A DNA stretch of 63,060 bases, filler included. It is 5 parts of 5 records of this genome, joined end to end, with 100 filler letters (N's around TTAATTAATTAA, not from the genome) between each part and the next. Parts side by side here need not be neighbours in the genome. Positions count along the whole stretch, not along the records: positions 1 to 16,790 come from SRR22947725_2224; positions 16,891 to 31,813 come from SRR22947725_2229; 3 more parts are not named here. One strand, 5' to 3'. Below, piece by piece: positions 9,779-18,872 of this stretch. Within the stretch, counting starts at the first letter, position 1, and each line of letters starts with the position of its first letter. Made by a program: the position numbers and the translations under genes. The notes beneath the pieces were generated by a model. That model was not told the DNA's origin and ran no database searches. It was given only the letters and a program-made list of their open reading frames with translations.

Positions 9779-12527
9779 TTTGGTTAAGTTTTTCATTAAT
9801 GGTAAAGCTGTTACAGCAAGTGAAGATGAGAGTATATGGGAAGTTTCCAAAAGAGAGGGTAATTTTATTCCTCATTTGTGTCACAGTAATAAACTAGGTT
9901 ATGAAGCTGACGGTAATTGTAGATCTTGTGTGGTGGAAATCAAAGGTGAAAGAGCATTAGCTGCATCTTGCATAAGAAAACCGTCTAATGGCATGGAAGT
10001 AATAACAAATAATGACAAAGTTGAAAAATCTCAAAAATTAGTCTTAGAACTTTTGTTGTCTGACCAGCCAGAAAAAGAAAAGTCTCATAATCAAAAAAGC
10101 CATTTCTGGGAAATTCTTCAGACTAATCAAATATCAAAAACAAGATTTCCAAAGAAAGATTCAAAAATTATTCCTTCGTTGGATAACAGTCATCCGGCAA
10201 TGACTGTTGCATTGGATGCTTGTATCCAGTGTGGATTATGTATTAGAGCGTGTAGAGATGTACAGGTCAATGATGTGTTAGGAATGTCTGGAAGAGGGGC
10301 AAATAGTTACCCTGTTTTTGACTTTGATGATTTGATGGGATCGAGTAGTTGCGTTGGTTGTGGAGAATGTGTTCAAGCTTGTCCTACTGGAGCATTAATG
10401 GAAACTGCTCTATTAGATGACAATAATGTTCAAACAGTTTTTCCTGACAAGCACATAAAAAGTTTATGTCCATTTTGTGGAGTAGGCTGTCAGACTAACG
10501 TAAGTGTAAAAGATAATTCAATAGTTGCAGTAAATGGAGATAATGGACCTGCAAATGAAAATAGATTATGTGTAAAAGGTCGTTTTGGATTTGATTATAT
10601 TAACAGTCCATTAAGGTTAACAGAACCTTTGATAAGAATAGATAAAAAATCAAAAGTATGGGATCTAACAATAGAGAGTAAGGATGTTTATAAATATTTT
10701 AGAAAAGCTTCATGGGAAGAAGCTTTAAGTTATTCATCGAAAAAATTTAATTCAATTTTAAATAATAACCCAGATAACTCTTTAGCTGGATTTGGCTCTG
10801 CCAAAGGCTCTAACGAAGAAGCTTATTTATTTCAAAAATTAATCAGAACTGGTTTTAAGACTAATAATGTAGATCATTGTACTCGTCTATGCCACGCGTC
10901 TTCCGTCGCAGCATTACTTCAATCTGTTGGCTCTGCTGCCGTAACAGCACCATTTACAGCAGCTAAAGATGCAGAATGTATTATAGTAATTGGTGCAAGG
11001 CCTGAACAAAATCATCCTGTAGCGGCTTCATATTTAAAACAAGCTGTTAAGAGTGGATCAAAGCTAATTATAATGGACCCTAGAAAGCAAAACCTTTCTA
11101 GATATGCAACACACCATTTACAATTTAATCCAGGCCAAGATTTATCATTATTGAATGCAATGATTTATACAATCATTGAAGAGGGCCTAATTGATGAAGA
11201 TTATGTTAAAAATAATACAGAAGGTTTTGAACTTTTAGAGAAAGAAATTAAAAGTTTTAACCCTCAAATAATGGAAAAAATATGTGGAATTAATTCAGAA
11301 ATTATTAGAGAAGTTGCAAGATTATACGCAAAATCTAAAACCTCAATTATTTTTTGGGGTATGGGTATTTCTCAGCATGTGCATGGAACGCAGAATGCTT
11401 TTTGCTTAATAAATTTAGCTTTAATTACAGGTCAAGTTGGAAGAGATGGGACAGGATTACATCCGCTTCGAGGTCAAAATAATGTTCAAGGTGCTTCAGA
11501 TGCTGGTTTGATACCTATGTCATATCCTGATTACCAAAGAGTAGATGTCAATAAAAATCTATCAGAAATGGAAAGTTTTTGGAATGCTAGTTTGGATCCT
11601 AATGAAGGTAAAACAGTAGTTGAAATTATAGAAGATATATATTCGAATAAAATTAAAGGCTTGTATGTTCAAGGTGAAAACCCTGCTATGTCTGATCCAG
11701 ATCAAAATCATGCAAGAAAGGCCTTAGCAAAATTAGAACATTTAGTTGTTCAAGATATTTTTATGACTGAAACAGCATGGTACGCTGATGTTATTTTACC
11801 TGCATCTGCTCATGCTGAAAAGAATGGAACATATACAAATACTAACAGACAAGTTCAATTAGGAAGAGCTGTTGTAAAGACACCTGAAAATGTAAAACAA
11901 GATTGGTGGATAATTCAAGAAATAGCTAAAAGGATGGGGTTAGATTGGAATTATCAATCGCCAAAAGATATCTTTAATGAAATGAAACTAATCATGCCTT
12001 CTTTAAATAATATATCATGGGAAAGATTAGAAAGAGATGGTTTTGTCACTTATCCAGTAGAAAGTGAATTTGAATTAGGTCAAGACATTATTTTTAATGA
12101 TGGATTTCCTACATTAAATAAATTAGCAAAAATCACTCCTACTAAATTAATAATGCCAAATGATGAATTAAGTAAAGAATTTCCATTAGTTTTATCTACT
12201 GGTAGATTGCTAGAGCATTGGCACACAGGCACTATGACTAGAAAAGCAATAATATTAGATAAATTAGAGCCTGACCCTATTATTTTCATGAATGAAATTG
12301 ACAGTAAACTCTATGATTTGGACTTGAATAGGAAGGTGAAAATCAAAACCAGGAGAGGTGAAATTAGTATTAATATACGATTAGATGATGATCTTCTGCC
12401 AGGAATGATTTTCTTACCATTTTGTTTTAAAGAGGCCGCAGCAAATATTTTAACTAATTCCACTTTAGATCCTATCGGAAAGATCCCGGAGTTAAAATTT
12501 AGTGCAGCTAGTGTTCATCAAAATTAA
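9771..12527 (+). CDS. fdhF: Formate dehydrogenase alpha subunit (Mo/W-bis-PGD, Cys ligand)
   Basis: N-terminal Fe-S motifs, CPFCGVGC, LCVKGRFG, DHCTRLCHASSV active site, PLRGQNNVQGASD, GRLLEHWHTG. Confidence 0.92.
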   Translation: MPDLVKFFINGKAVTASEDESIWEVSKREGNFIPHLCHSNKLGYEADGNCRSCVVEIKGERALAASCIRKPSNGMEVITNNDKVEKSQKLVLELLLSDQPEKEKSHNQKSHFWEILQTNQISKTRFPKKDSKIIPSLDNSHPAMTVALDACIQCGLCIRACRDVQVNDVLGMSGRGANSYPVFDFDDLMGSSSCVGCGECVQACPTGALMETALLDDNNVQTVFPDKHIKSLCPFCGVGCQTNVSVKDNSIVAVNGDNGPANENRLCVKGRFGFDYINSPLRLTEPLIRIDKKSKVWDLTIESKDVYKYFRKASWEEALSYSSKKFNSILNNNPDNSLAGFGSAKGSNEEAYLFQKLIRTGFKTNNVDHCTRLCHASSVAALLQSVGSAAVTAPFTAAKDAECIIVIGARPEQNHPVAASYLKQAVKSGSKLIIMDPRKQNLSRYATHHLQFNPGQDLSLLNAMIYTIIEEGLIDEDYVKNNTEGFELLEKEIKSFNPQIMEKICGINSEIIREVARLYAKSKTSIIFWGMGISQHVHGTQNAFCLINLALITGQVGRDGTGLHPLRGQNNVQGASDAGLIPMSYPDYQRVDVNKNLSEMESFWNASLDPNEGKTVVEIIEDIYSNKIKGLYVQGENPAMSDPDQNHARKALAKLEHLVVQDIFMTETAWYADVILPASAHAEKNGTYTNTNRQVQLGRAVVKTPENVKQDWWIIQEIAKRMGLDWNYQSPKDIFNEMKLIMPSLNNISWERLERDGFVTYPVESEFELGQDIIFNDGFPTLNKLAKITPTKLIMPNDELSKEFPLVLSTGRLLEHWHTGTMTRKAIILDKLEPDPIIFMNEIDSKLYDLDLNRKVKIKTRRGEISINIRLDDDLLPGMIFLPFCFKEAAANILTNSTLDPIGKIPELKFSAASVHQN

Positions 12528-12593
12528 AATTTAGAAGAAACTTACCTAAATATTTCTTTTTTGTTTACTTAATTATTAAATGTGTTAACTAAA

Positions 12594-12611
12594 TAGTTTA
12601 CTAGGAAACTA
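12594..12611. promoter_or_regulatory. Putative MarR-family operator
   Basis: TAGTTTaCTAGgAAACTA, an 18-bp palindrome with one mismatched pair, ending 22 nt before marR. Confidence 0.55.
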
Positions 12612-12633
12612 ATTTGTAAATTGTGGTATTGTT

Positions 12634-13068
12634 TTGCAAGAAAACTTTGAAGAAAATATAGGTTTATTAATACACGATGTAGCTAGGTTGTTGAGAGTAT
12701 TATATGATAGGCAAATGGCATCCATAGGTTTAACGAGATCACAGTGGTGGCTTTTGACATATCTACGATTTAGAGATGGAATAAATCAGTCTGAATTAGG
12801 TGTGCTTATGGATATAGAAAAAGCACCTCTCAGTAGATTAATAGACAGAATGGAATTAAAGGGATGGATTGTAAGAAAAGTTGATAGCAAGGACGGTCGA
12901 ATTAAAAATATTTATTTATCTGACAATGTTAAGCCACTTATAGAATCTATGAGAAAAAAAGCTGCCAAGTATAGACAGGAATCTCTATCAATTTTAAAAA
13001 CTGAAGACCTTAATAAATTAACAGAACTACTTCAAGATCTTAAACAAGATTTATCGTCTAAAATATAA
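12634..13068 (+). CDS. MarR family transcriptional regulator
   Basis: GLTRSQW, GINQSELG, LSRLIDRMELKGWIVR, DGRIKNIYLS winged-helix pattern. Confidence 0.9.
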   Translation: MQENFEENIGLLIHDVARLLRVLYDRQMASIGLTRSQWWLLTYLRFRDGINQSELGVLMDIEKAPLSRLIDRMELKGWIVRKVDSKDGRIKNIYLSDNVKPLIESMRKKAAKYRQESLSILKTEDLNKLTELLQDLKQDLSSKI

Positions 13069-13086
13069 TAAAGGAAATTCAAATAA

Positions 13087-14346
13087 ATGCAGGACGAAAT
13101 AGATAAAGAAAACGATTTTGAAATAAAAAATAATTTTAAGAGATTTATTTTTCTAATTATCGTTCCATTACTCATTGTGATGTTTACTTTAGGATATTTT
13201 TATTCTCTAGGAAGATATATAAAAACAGAAAATGCTTATATTAAAGCTCCTATTGTGTCAATACAATCTCAAATACCAGGAAGAGTTGAAACTGTATTTA
13301 TAAAAAATAACCAAGAAATAAAAAAAGGACAAAAACTTTTCAAAATTGATACAGCAAAACTTAAACTTGATTTATCTGAACAAAGACAAAACTTATTAAC
13401 AATCAAAAAAGAAATAGAGAATAGAAAATCAAAGTATAACGAAGCAAAAGAAGAAATAAAATTAGCTGAAGAAGAAATAAAATTTTATCTAGCAGAGATG
13501 AAACGAGCTAAAGCTTTAATTAATGTTGAAATAAAGCATGCTGAAGAAAAAGTTAAATATCATCAACGTGAATTTAATAGAATTAAAAAATTAGTAAAAA
13601 AAGGTGTTGGTCTAAAGAGTAAAATGGATGAAGAACAATATTTATACAAATCTGCTATAAATAATTTAAAAGTTGTCAAACTTAATAATAAGTATGAAGA
13701 AACTAAACATTCATATGCATCCTCAAAGCAAAAGCTAAAAATCATTAATGATAAAGCGAAGACAATTTTAACTACGCTCTATGGTGATGAAAAGTTAGAG
13801 TTTGATAAACACCCATTATATTTAAAGCATTTAAGCAAATTAAACCAAATAAATCTTTATATAGACCAATCTATAATTTTTGCAGAACAAGATGGAATTA
13901 TTGCACAAATGAATTTAGAAGAGGGAGAGTATATAGACATAGGAAAAGTACTTTTTGCAATAGTAGATGAAAAAAATGCTTGGTTAGAGGCTAATTTAAA
14001 AGAAACAGAATTGACTAATATCAAAGTTAATCAATCAGCTGTTTTTACACCGGATGCTTTTCCAAATAATAGTTGGAATGCAAAGGTTGAGAGTATAAGT
14101 CCAGCAACTGGATCAGAATTCTCAATTTTACCACCTCAAAATTCTTCTGGAAATTGGGTTAAAGTAGTTCAAAGAGTTCCTGTCAAAATAGCTATCGGCT
14201 CAGCAATTATTAATGAAAATATCAAAAATGATTATAATAAAGATCTTCGAGTCGGTATGTCTGTTTCAGTCACCATTGATACTAAATATGAAAGGGATAT
14301 TCCATTTATAATTAGACCTTTTACTTATTTGTTTAAATTGTTTTGA
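13087..14346 (+). CDS. HlyD/EmrA family efflux periplasmic adaptor
   Basis: N-terminal TM, TENAYI, ANLKETEL, PATGSEFSILPPQNSSGNWVKVVQRVPVKI. Confidence 0.9.
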   Translation: MQDEIDKENDFEIKNNFKRFIFLIIVPLLIVMFTLGYFYSLGRYIKTENAYIKAPIVSIQSQIPGRVETVFIKNNQEIKKGQKLFKIDTAKLKLDLSEQRQNLLTIKKEIENRKSKYNEAKEEIKLAEEEIKFYLAEMKRAKALINVEIKHAEEKVKYHQREFNRIKKLVKKGVGLKSKMDEEQYLYKSAINNLKVVKLNNKYEETKHSYASSKQKLKIINDKAKTILTTLYGDEKLEFDKHPLYLKHLSKLNQINLYIDQSIIFAEQDGIIAQMNLEEGEYIDIGKVLFAIVDEKNAWLEANLKETELTNIKVNQSAVFTPDAFPNNSWNAKVESISPATGSEFSILPPQNSSGNWVKVVQRVPVKIAIGSAIINENIKNDYNKDLRVGMSVSVTIDTKYERDIPFIIRPFTYLFKLF

Positions 14347-14353
14347 GATAAAA

Positions 14354-15850
14354 TTGAATACTTTAGTAACTGATACTCAATCATCATTTAAATGGTTCAT
14401 ATTAGCTACTGCTACTTTTGTAACTATGCTTTATGCAATGAATGTGACAATAGCCTCGATAGCGCTATCAGACATGAGAGGTGCTATGGGTGCAACACAA
14501 GATCAAATTTCTTGGGTTGTCACAGGTAATATTGTTGCAACAGCTATTTTTACACCATTTGCTGGTTGGTTAACATCAAGAATACAAATTCGTACGATTC
14601 TTATTTTTAGTGTTTTAGGCTTTATTATATCATCTATATTTTGTGGGTTATCCAACTCCTTAGAAGAAATAGTAATTTCAAGAGTAGCTCAAGGAGTTTT
14701 TGGAGCACCTCTCCCTCCTTTATCACAAACCTTAGTTTTAGCAGCATTTCCGGTTAAGCAAAGATCATTAGCAATGGCAATTTGGGGTATGGGAACTATT
14801 TTAGGCCCAGTTATTGCCCCAACAATTGGAGGGTATTTAGGCGAATTACTTGATTGGAGGTGGATTTTTTATACTTTGGTTCCATTTGGTTTATGTGCTT
14901 TATTTGCAGTGATAGCTGTTGTACCTAAAAAACCAGTTACTGGAGGTATGTCACTTGATTGGATCGGTTTTTTAGCTTTAGCAAGTAGTGTTGCTGCTTT
15001 GCAGATTATGTTTGATCGAGGCGAAAGAAATAGTTGGTTCGAGAGTACTGAAACAATAATAGAGTGTGGGGTCGCTATTTTAGGGTTTTACATATTTATT
15101 TTTCATAGCTTAACTTCAAAAAGACCTTTCATAAATTTTATAATCTTTAAGGATAGAAATTATACAGTAGGCTTAATTCTAATTTTTTTCTTTGGGATGT
15201 TAAATTTTGTACCAATGGTTATTTTCCCACCTTTGCTTCAAGAGTTAAGGGGATACCCTCAATCTGTAATCGGATTGATATTAGGGATAAGAGGTATAGG
15301 AACCTTCATTGGATTTTTTATAATAGCATTTACAGGAAGAGTAGATCCAAGAATAATTATTTTCTTTGGTTTTTTTATTCAAGCTGTATCAGGTTATTAT
15401 ATGTCAACTTTTGATATTAATATGAGTTTCTCTAGTATTGCTTGGGCAAGTTTGGTTCAAGGTTTAGGTGTAGGTTTGACATGGCCACCAGTTAGTGTCA
15501 TTTGCTTTGCTACTCTTTCTAATAAATATCACGGTGAAGCAACTGCAATGTTTCATTTAATAAGAAACATAGGATCTAGTTTTTTTATATCAGTAAGTGT
15601 AGCTATAGTGCTTCACATGGGTCAGGTGAACTTTGAAGAAATTGGCTCCATGGTATCAATTTGGAATCAAGGAATAAATTTTAATAATTTAACAAATACA
15701 TTAGATGAACTAAAGATAACAAAACTTACTAATGAATTAAATAGACAAAGTTTAATGGTTGGATATATAGATGCATTTAAACTTTACTCATGGGTTGCTT
15801 TTTTATCAATTCCATTAATTTTCTTGATAAAATTACAAAAAAAAGATTAG
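14354..15850 (+). CDS. DHA2/EmrB family MFS efflux permease
   Basis: About 14 TM; QISWVVT, LGPVIAPTIGGYL, WRWIF, DRGERNSWFES. Confidence 0.9.
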   Translation: MNTLVTDTQSSFKWFILATATFVTMLYAMNVTIASIALSDMRGAMGATQDQISWVVTGNIVATAIFTPFAGWLTSRIQIRTILIFSVLGFIISSIFCGLSNSLEEIVISRVAQGVFGAPLPPLSQTLVLAAFPVKQRSLAMAIWGMGTILGPVIAPTIGGYLGELLDWRWIFYTLVPFGLCALFAVIAVVPKKPVTGGMSLDWIGFLALASSVAALQIMFDRGERNSWFESTETIIECGVAILGFYIFIFHSLTSKRPFINFIIFKDRNYTVGLILIFFFGMLNFVPMVIFPPLLQELRGYPQSVIGLILGIRGIGTFIGFFIIAFTGRVDPRIIIFFGFFIQAVSGYYMSTFDINMSFSSIAWASLVQGLGVGLTWPPVSVICFATLSNKYHGEATAMFHLIRNIGSSFFISVSVAIVLHMGQVNFEEIGSMVSIWNQGINFNNLTNTLDELKITKLTNELNRQSLMVGYIDAFKLYSWVAFLSIPLIFLIKLQKKD

Positions 15851-15877
15851 TTAATAATAAACTTATAAAGGATAAAA

Positions 15878-16774
15878 ATGTTAAATAATAATATTACCCT
15901 TTTAGATGGAGGCATGGGACAGGAATTAATTCATAGATCCTCTTTTAAACCTGATAGCTTATGGTCTACAAGAGTATTATTAGATGAATATGATTTAGTA
16001 GTAAATTTACACAAAGATTTTATTAAAGCTGGAGCTGATGCTATTACTATAAATTCTTATGGTATTACTCCACATAGGTTAAAAAGACATAACTTAGAAA
16101 ATATGTTCCTAACTCTTCAACAAAAGGCACTTGCAGCTGCGAAGCAAGCTATAGACGAAATGTCTTCAACTAAAAAAATCCAAATATATGGATGTCTTCC
16201 ACCATTAATTGGAAGTTATTATAGGACTGTTGGTATTAATAGAACAGACGCTGTTGAAACATACAAAAAAATGATTGAAATTCAAGAAAACGAAGTTGAT
16301 GTTTTTATTTGCGAAACTATTACATCAATTGAAGAAGCACAAATACTTTTTGAAGCCACCTCAGAAATCTCAAAAAAAGTAATCTTAAGTTTTACTGTTG
16401 ATGAAGTTGACGGTTCAATTTTAAGATCTGGAGAAAGTTTAAAAAGTGCTCTAGCAGAATTTGAGAATTCTAAAATAGATTCATTCTTGGTAAACTGTTC
16501 AACGCCTGAGGCGATACTGCAATCAACAAATATTATGAAAACTTTTTCAAAACCTTTTGGAGCGTTACCTAATGGGTTTGAAACGTGCTTACCTCTAACT
16601 CCAGGAGAAGATGTCTCTGTTTTAAAAAAAAGAGATGATTTCAATCAAGAAAGTTTTGTAAATTTCGTAATGGAATACATAGAAAATGGTGCTTCAATAG
16701 TTGGTGGTTGTTGTGAAGTTAGTCCAGATTATATACTTGCTTTAAGTAAACAGCTTTCACATTTAAAAAAATAA
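15878..16774 (+). CDS. Homocysteine S-methyltransferase family protein
   Basis: LLDGGMGQEL, HKDFIKAGAD, VNC and GGCC zinc ligands. Confidence 0.88.
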   Translation: MLNNNITLLDGGMGQELIHRSSFKPDSLWSTRVLLDEYDLVVNLHKDFIKAGADAITINSYGITPHRLKRHNLENMFLTLQQKALAAAKQAIDEMSSTKKIQIYGCLPPLIGSYYRTVGINRTDAVETYKKMIEIQENEVDVFICETITSIEEAQILFEATSEISKKVILSFTVDEVDGSILRSGESLKSALAEFENSKIDSFLVNCSTPEAILQSTNIMKTFSKPFGALPNGFETCLPLTPGEDVSVLKKRDDFNQESFVNFVMEYIENGASIVGGCCEVSPDYILALSKQLSHLKK

Positions 16775-16790
16775 CTAGGAGTTTAAGTTT

Positions 16791-16890
16791 NNNNNNNNNN
16801 NNNNNNNNNNNNNNNNNNNNNNNNNNNNNNNNNNTTAATTAATTAANNNNNNNNNNNNNNNNNNNNNNNNNNNNNNNNNNNNNNNNNNNN
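16791..16890. other. Artificial contig spacer
   Basis: N44-TTAATTAATTAA-N44 with stops in all frames; base composition changes abruptly across it. Confidence 0.98.
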
Positions 16891-16920
16891 CGCCTGGTTC
16901 GATTCCAGGGTCGCCCACCA
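16891..16920 (+). tRNA. tRNA 3' end (T-arm, acceptor strand, CCA), most likely tRNA-Tyr; truncated at contig start
   Basis: CCTGG-TTCGATT-CCAGG T-arm followed by GTCGCCC-A-CCA. Anticodon not visible; Tyr assigned from recalled Rhodobacteraceae tRNA-Tyr 3' ends. Confidence 0.8.
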
Positions 16921-16983
16921 TTTTTCACCGAAAATCCACATGTATCCCAGGAATTTCACCAAAAACCAGGTGCCCCCCGCAGG

Positions 16984-18636
16984 TCAACGCTGCGCGTTTT
17001 TGTGATTTGGGCTCTTCCACACTGGCAAGTCCATTGGAGCAAGCGGGGCAAGCCCTGAGATGGTATCACTAAGCTTTTCGGCCAGCATAATCGTGGGCGC
17101 ATTGGTGTTGCCATTGGTCACAAAGGGCATGATTGAGGCATCCACAACACGCAGCCCTGACACTCCGTGCACCTTAGCGTCTGAATTCACCACCGCCAGC
17201 CGGTCCGTCTCTGGCCCCATGCGGGCCGTGCACGACAAATGCCATTGTGAGCTGGTATGGCTGTTGAGCTTCGCATCAAGCTCTGCCTCGGACTGACATT
17301 GAGCGCCAGGGAAAATCTCAACACCTTTGAGAGCAGAAAACGCAGGTTGCGCCACCAATTCGCGTACCCAGCGAATACCTTTCCGCATCAACTCGCGATC
17401 CCGCGGATCTTGTAGATAATTGGCCAAAATACGCGGAGGATCGGCCGGATCATCCGATCTCAATTCAATTGAGCCGCGGCTGTGCGCCCGCATCAAGCCC
17501 ACATGGATTTGGAAGGCATGCTCTTGCAAAGGTGACCAATTCTCATCCACAGCAATTGGGGAAATGGTCAGCTGAAGATCGGGATACTCCACGCCGGCCT
17601 CCGACCGAATGCAGGCCACAGCATCAAAGTGATTGGACGCACACAGCCCGTCACCGGCGACCAACCAGCGAAGTCCCGCCGCGACCATGGCCCAGGGTTT
17701 CGTCTTTGGCCATAGCGAGACAGGTTGCAGGCATTTAAATTGCAATACAAAATCTGGATGGTCCTGTAGGTTTTGACCTACCCCCGGCAGATCCGCCTTC
17801 ACCGCAATGCCCATGGCCTCCAAATGAGATTTGGGCCCGATACCAGACAGCATCAATAGATGCGGCGAGCCGACAGCACCGGCAGACAGAAGAACTTCTT
17901 TCCGCGCCATGGCGTTCACCAGCGCGCCATGTCGATCACGATATAAGACACCCGTCACCCGATTGCCCGATAGGTTCAAGCGATGCACCAAGGCCCGCGT
18001 TACAATCGTTAGGTTTTCGCGCCCACGCGCAGGATCCAAGTAAGCCCGCGACGCGCTCCAACGCTGGCCCTTGAAAACCGTTCGGTCAAAAACACCAAAA
18101 CCTTCTTGGCAATAACCGCTGATATCATCGGTTGTTTGATATCCCGCCCGTGCGCCTGCCTCCAAGAACGCACGCGCCAAGGGTTCGGTTGCTTCAGACC
18201 GTTGGACATGCAGCGGACCCTCGGTGCCGCGAAACTCATCAGCCCCGCCGCTATAGCTCTCCATGCGTTTGAAATAGGGCAGCACATCAGAATAGCTCCA
18301 CCCCTCACACCCGGCTTGGCGCCACCCCTCGTAATCCAGCGCATTGCCGCGGATGAAACACATGCCATTGATCGACGAAGATCCCCCAAGAGTTTTGCCC
18401 CGATCATGCTGTAGCTGGCGACCATCCAATTCCGGCTCCGCTTCTCCCTGAAAAGCCCAATTGTGTTTCGTGCTCTTTAGATTGGACAAACAGGCGGCCG
18501 GGATTTTTATGGACAGTGACTTATCTTCCGGCCCGGCCTCCAGCAGGAGCACTCGGTTACTCGGATCATGGCTCAAGCGGTTCGCCAAAACACAGCCCGC
18601 AGACCCGGCCCCGATGATAATATAATCAAATTCCAT
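16984..18636 (-). CDS. GMC oxidoreductase (choline dehydrogenase-like)
   Basis: DYIIIGAGSAGCVLANRL, RGKTLGGSSSINGM, GVGQNLQDH, LRVVDASIMP, GNTNAPTIMLAEK. Confidence 0.88.
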   Translation of the reverse strand: MEFDYIIIGAGSAGCVLANRLSHDPSNRVLLLEAGPEDKSLSIKIPAACLSNLKSTKHNWAFQGEAEPELDGRQLQHDRGKTLGGSSSINGMCFIRGNALDYEGWRQAGCEGWSYSDVLPYFKRMESYSGGADEFRGTEGPLHVQRSEATEPLARAFLEAGARAGYQTTDDISGYCQEGFGVFDRTVFKGQRWSASRAYLDPARGRENLTIVTRALVHRLNLSGNRVTGVLYRDRHGALVNAMARKEVLLSAGAVGSPHLLMLSGIGPKSHLEAMGIAVKADLPGVGQNLQDHPDFVLQFKCLQPVSLWPKTKPWAMVAAGLRWLVAGDGLCASNHFDAVACIRSEAGVEYPDLQLTISPIAVDENWSPLQEHAFQIHVGLMRAHSRGSIELRSDDPADPPRILANYLQDPRDRELMRKGIRWVRELVAQPAFSALKGVEIFPGAQCQSEAELDAKLNSHTSSQWHLSCTARMGPETDRLAVVNSDAKVHGVSGLRVVDASIMPFVTNGNTNAPTIMLAEKLSDTISGLAPLAPMDLPVWKSPNHKNAQR

Positions 18637-18872
18637 GACACGCGCCCCGATCGCTCCGCCAAACCGGCCTTTGGCCTATGCTGGCGCAGTCAGGCACATT
18701 CAGCAATCAAAAACCATGGGGCCCTAAAACATTGGCTTTGCCGCAACCTGCGCTGGATTTTCACTGGCACATCTCACCCATTTCCTGTATTTTTATCTAC
18801 AAATAGTAATCCTTTAGTCGCCCAAATCGTTTTTCATATTCATTTTATTGCCCAATAGGACAGCCTCAACTT

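Noticed and set aside
10876..10895. Possible selenocysteine in formate dehydrogenase
   Set aside because: The active-site codon is TGC (Cys) and the ORF has no in-frame TGA.
16835..16846. TTAATTAATTAA repeated four times in the window
   Set aside because: Always centred in N-runs; an artificial all-frame-stop linker, not a biological repeat.
16923..16968. Imperfect direct repeat TTTCACC(G/A)AAAA after the tRNA 3' end
   Set aside because: Only two short degenerate copies, with no integrase and no second att copy seen; insufficient for a call.
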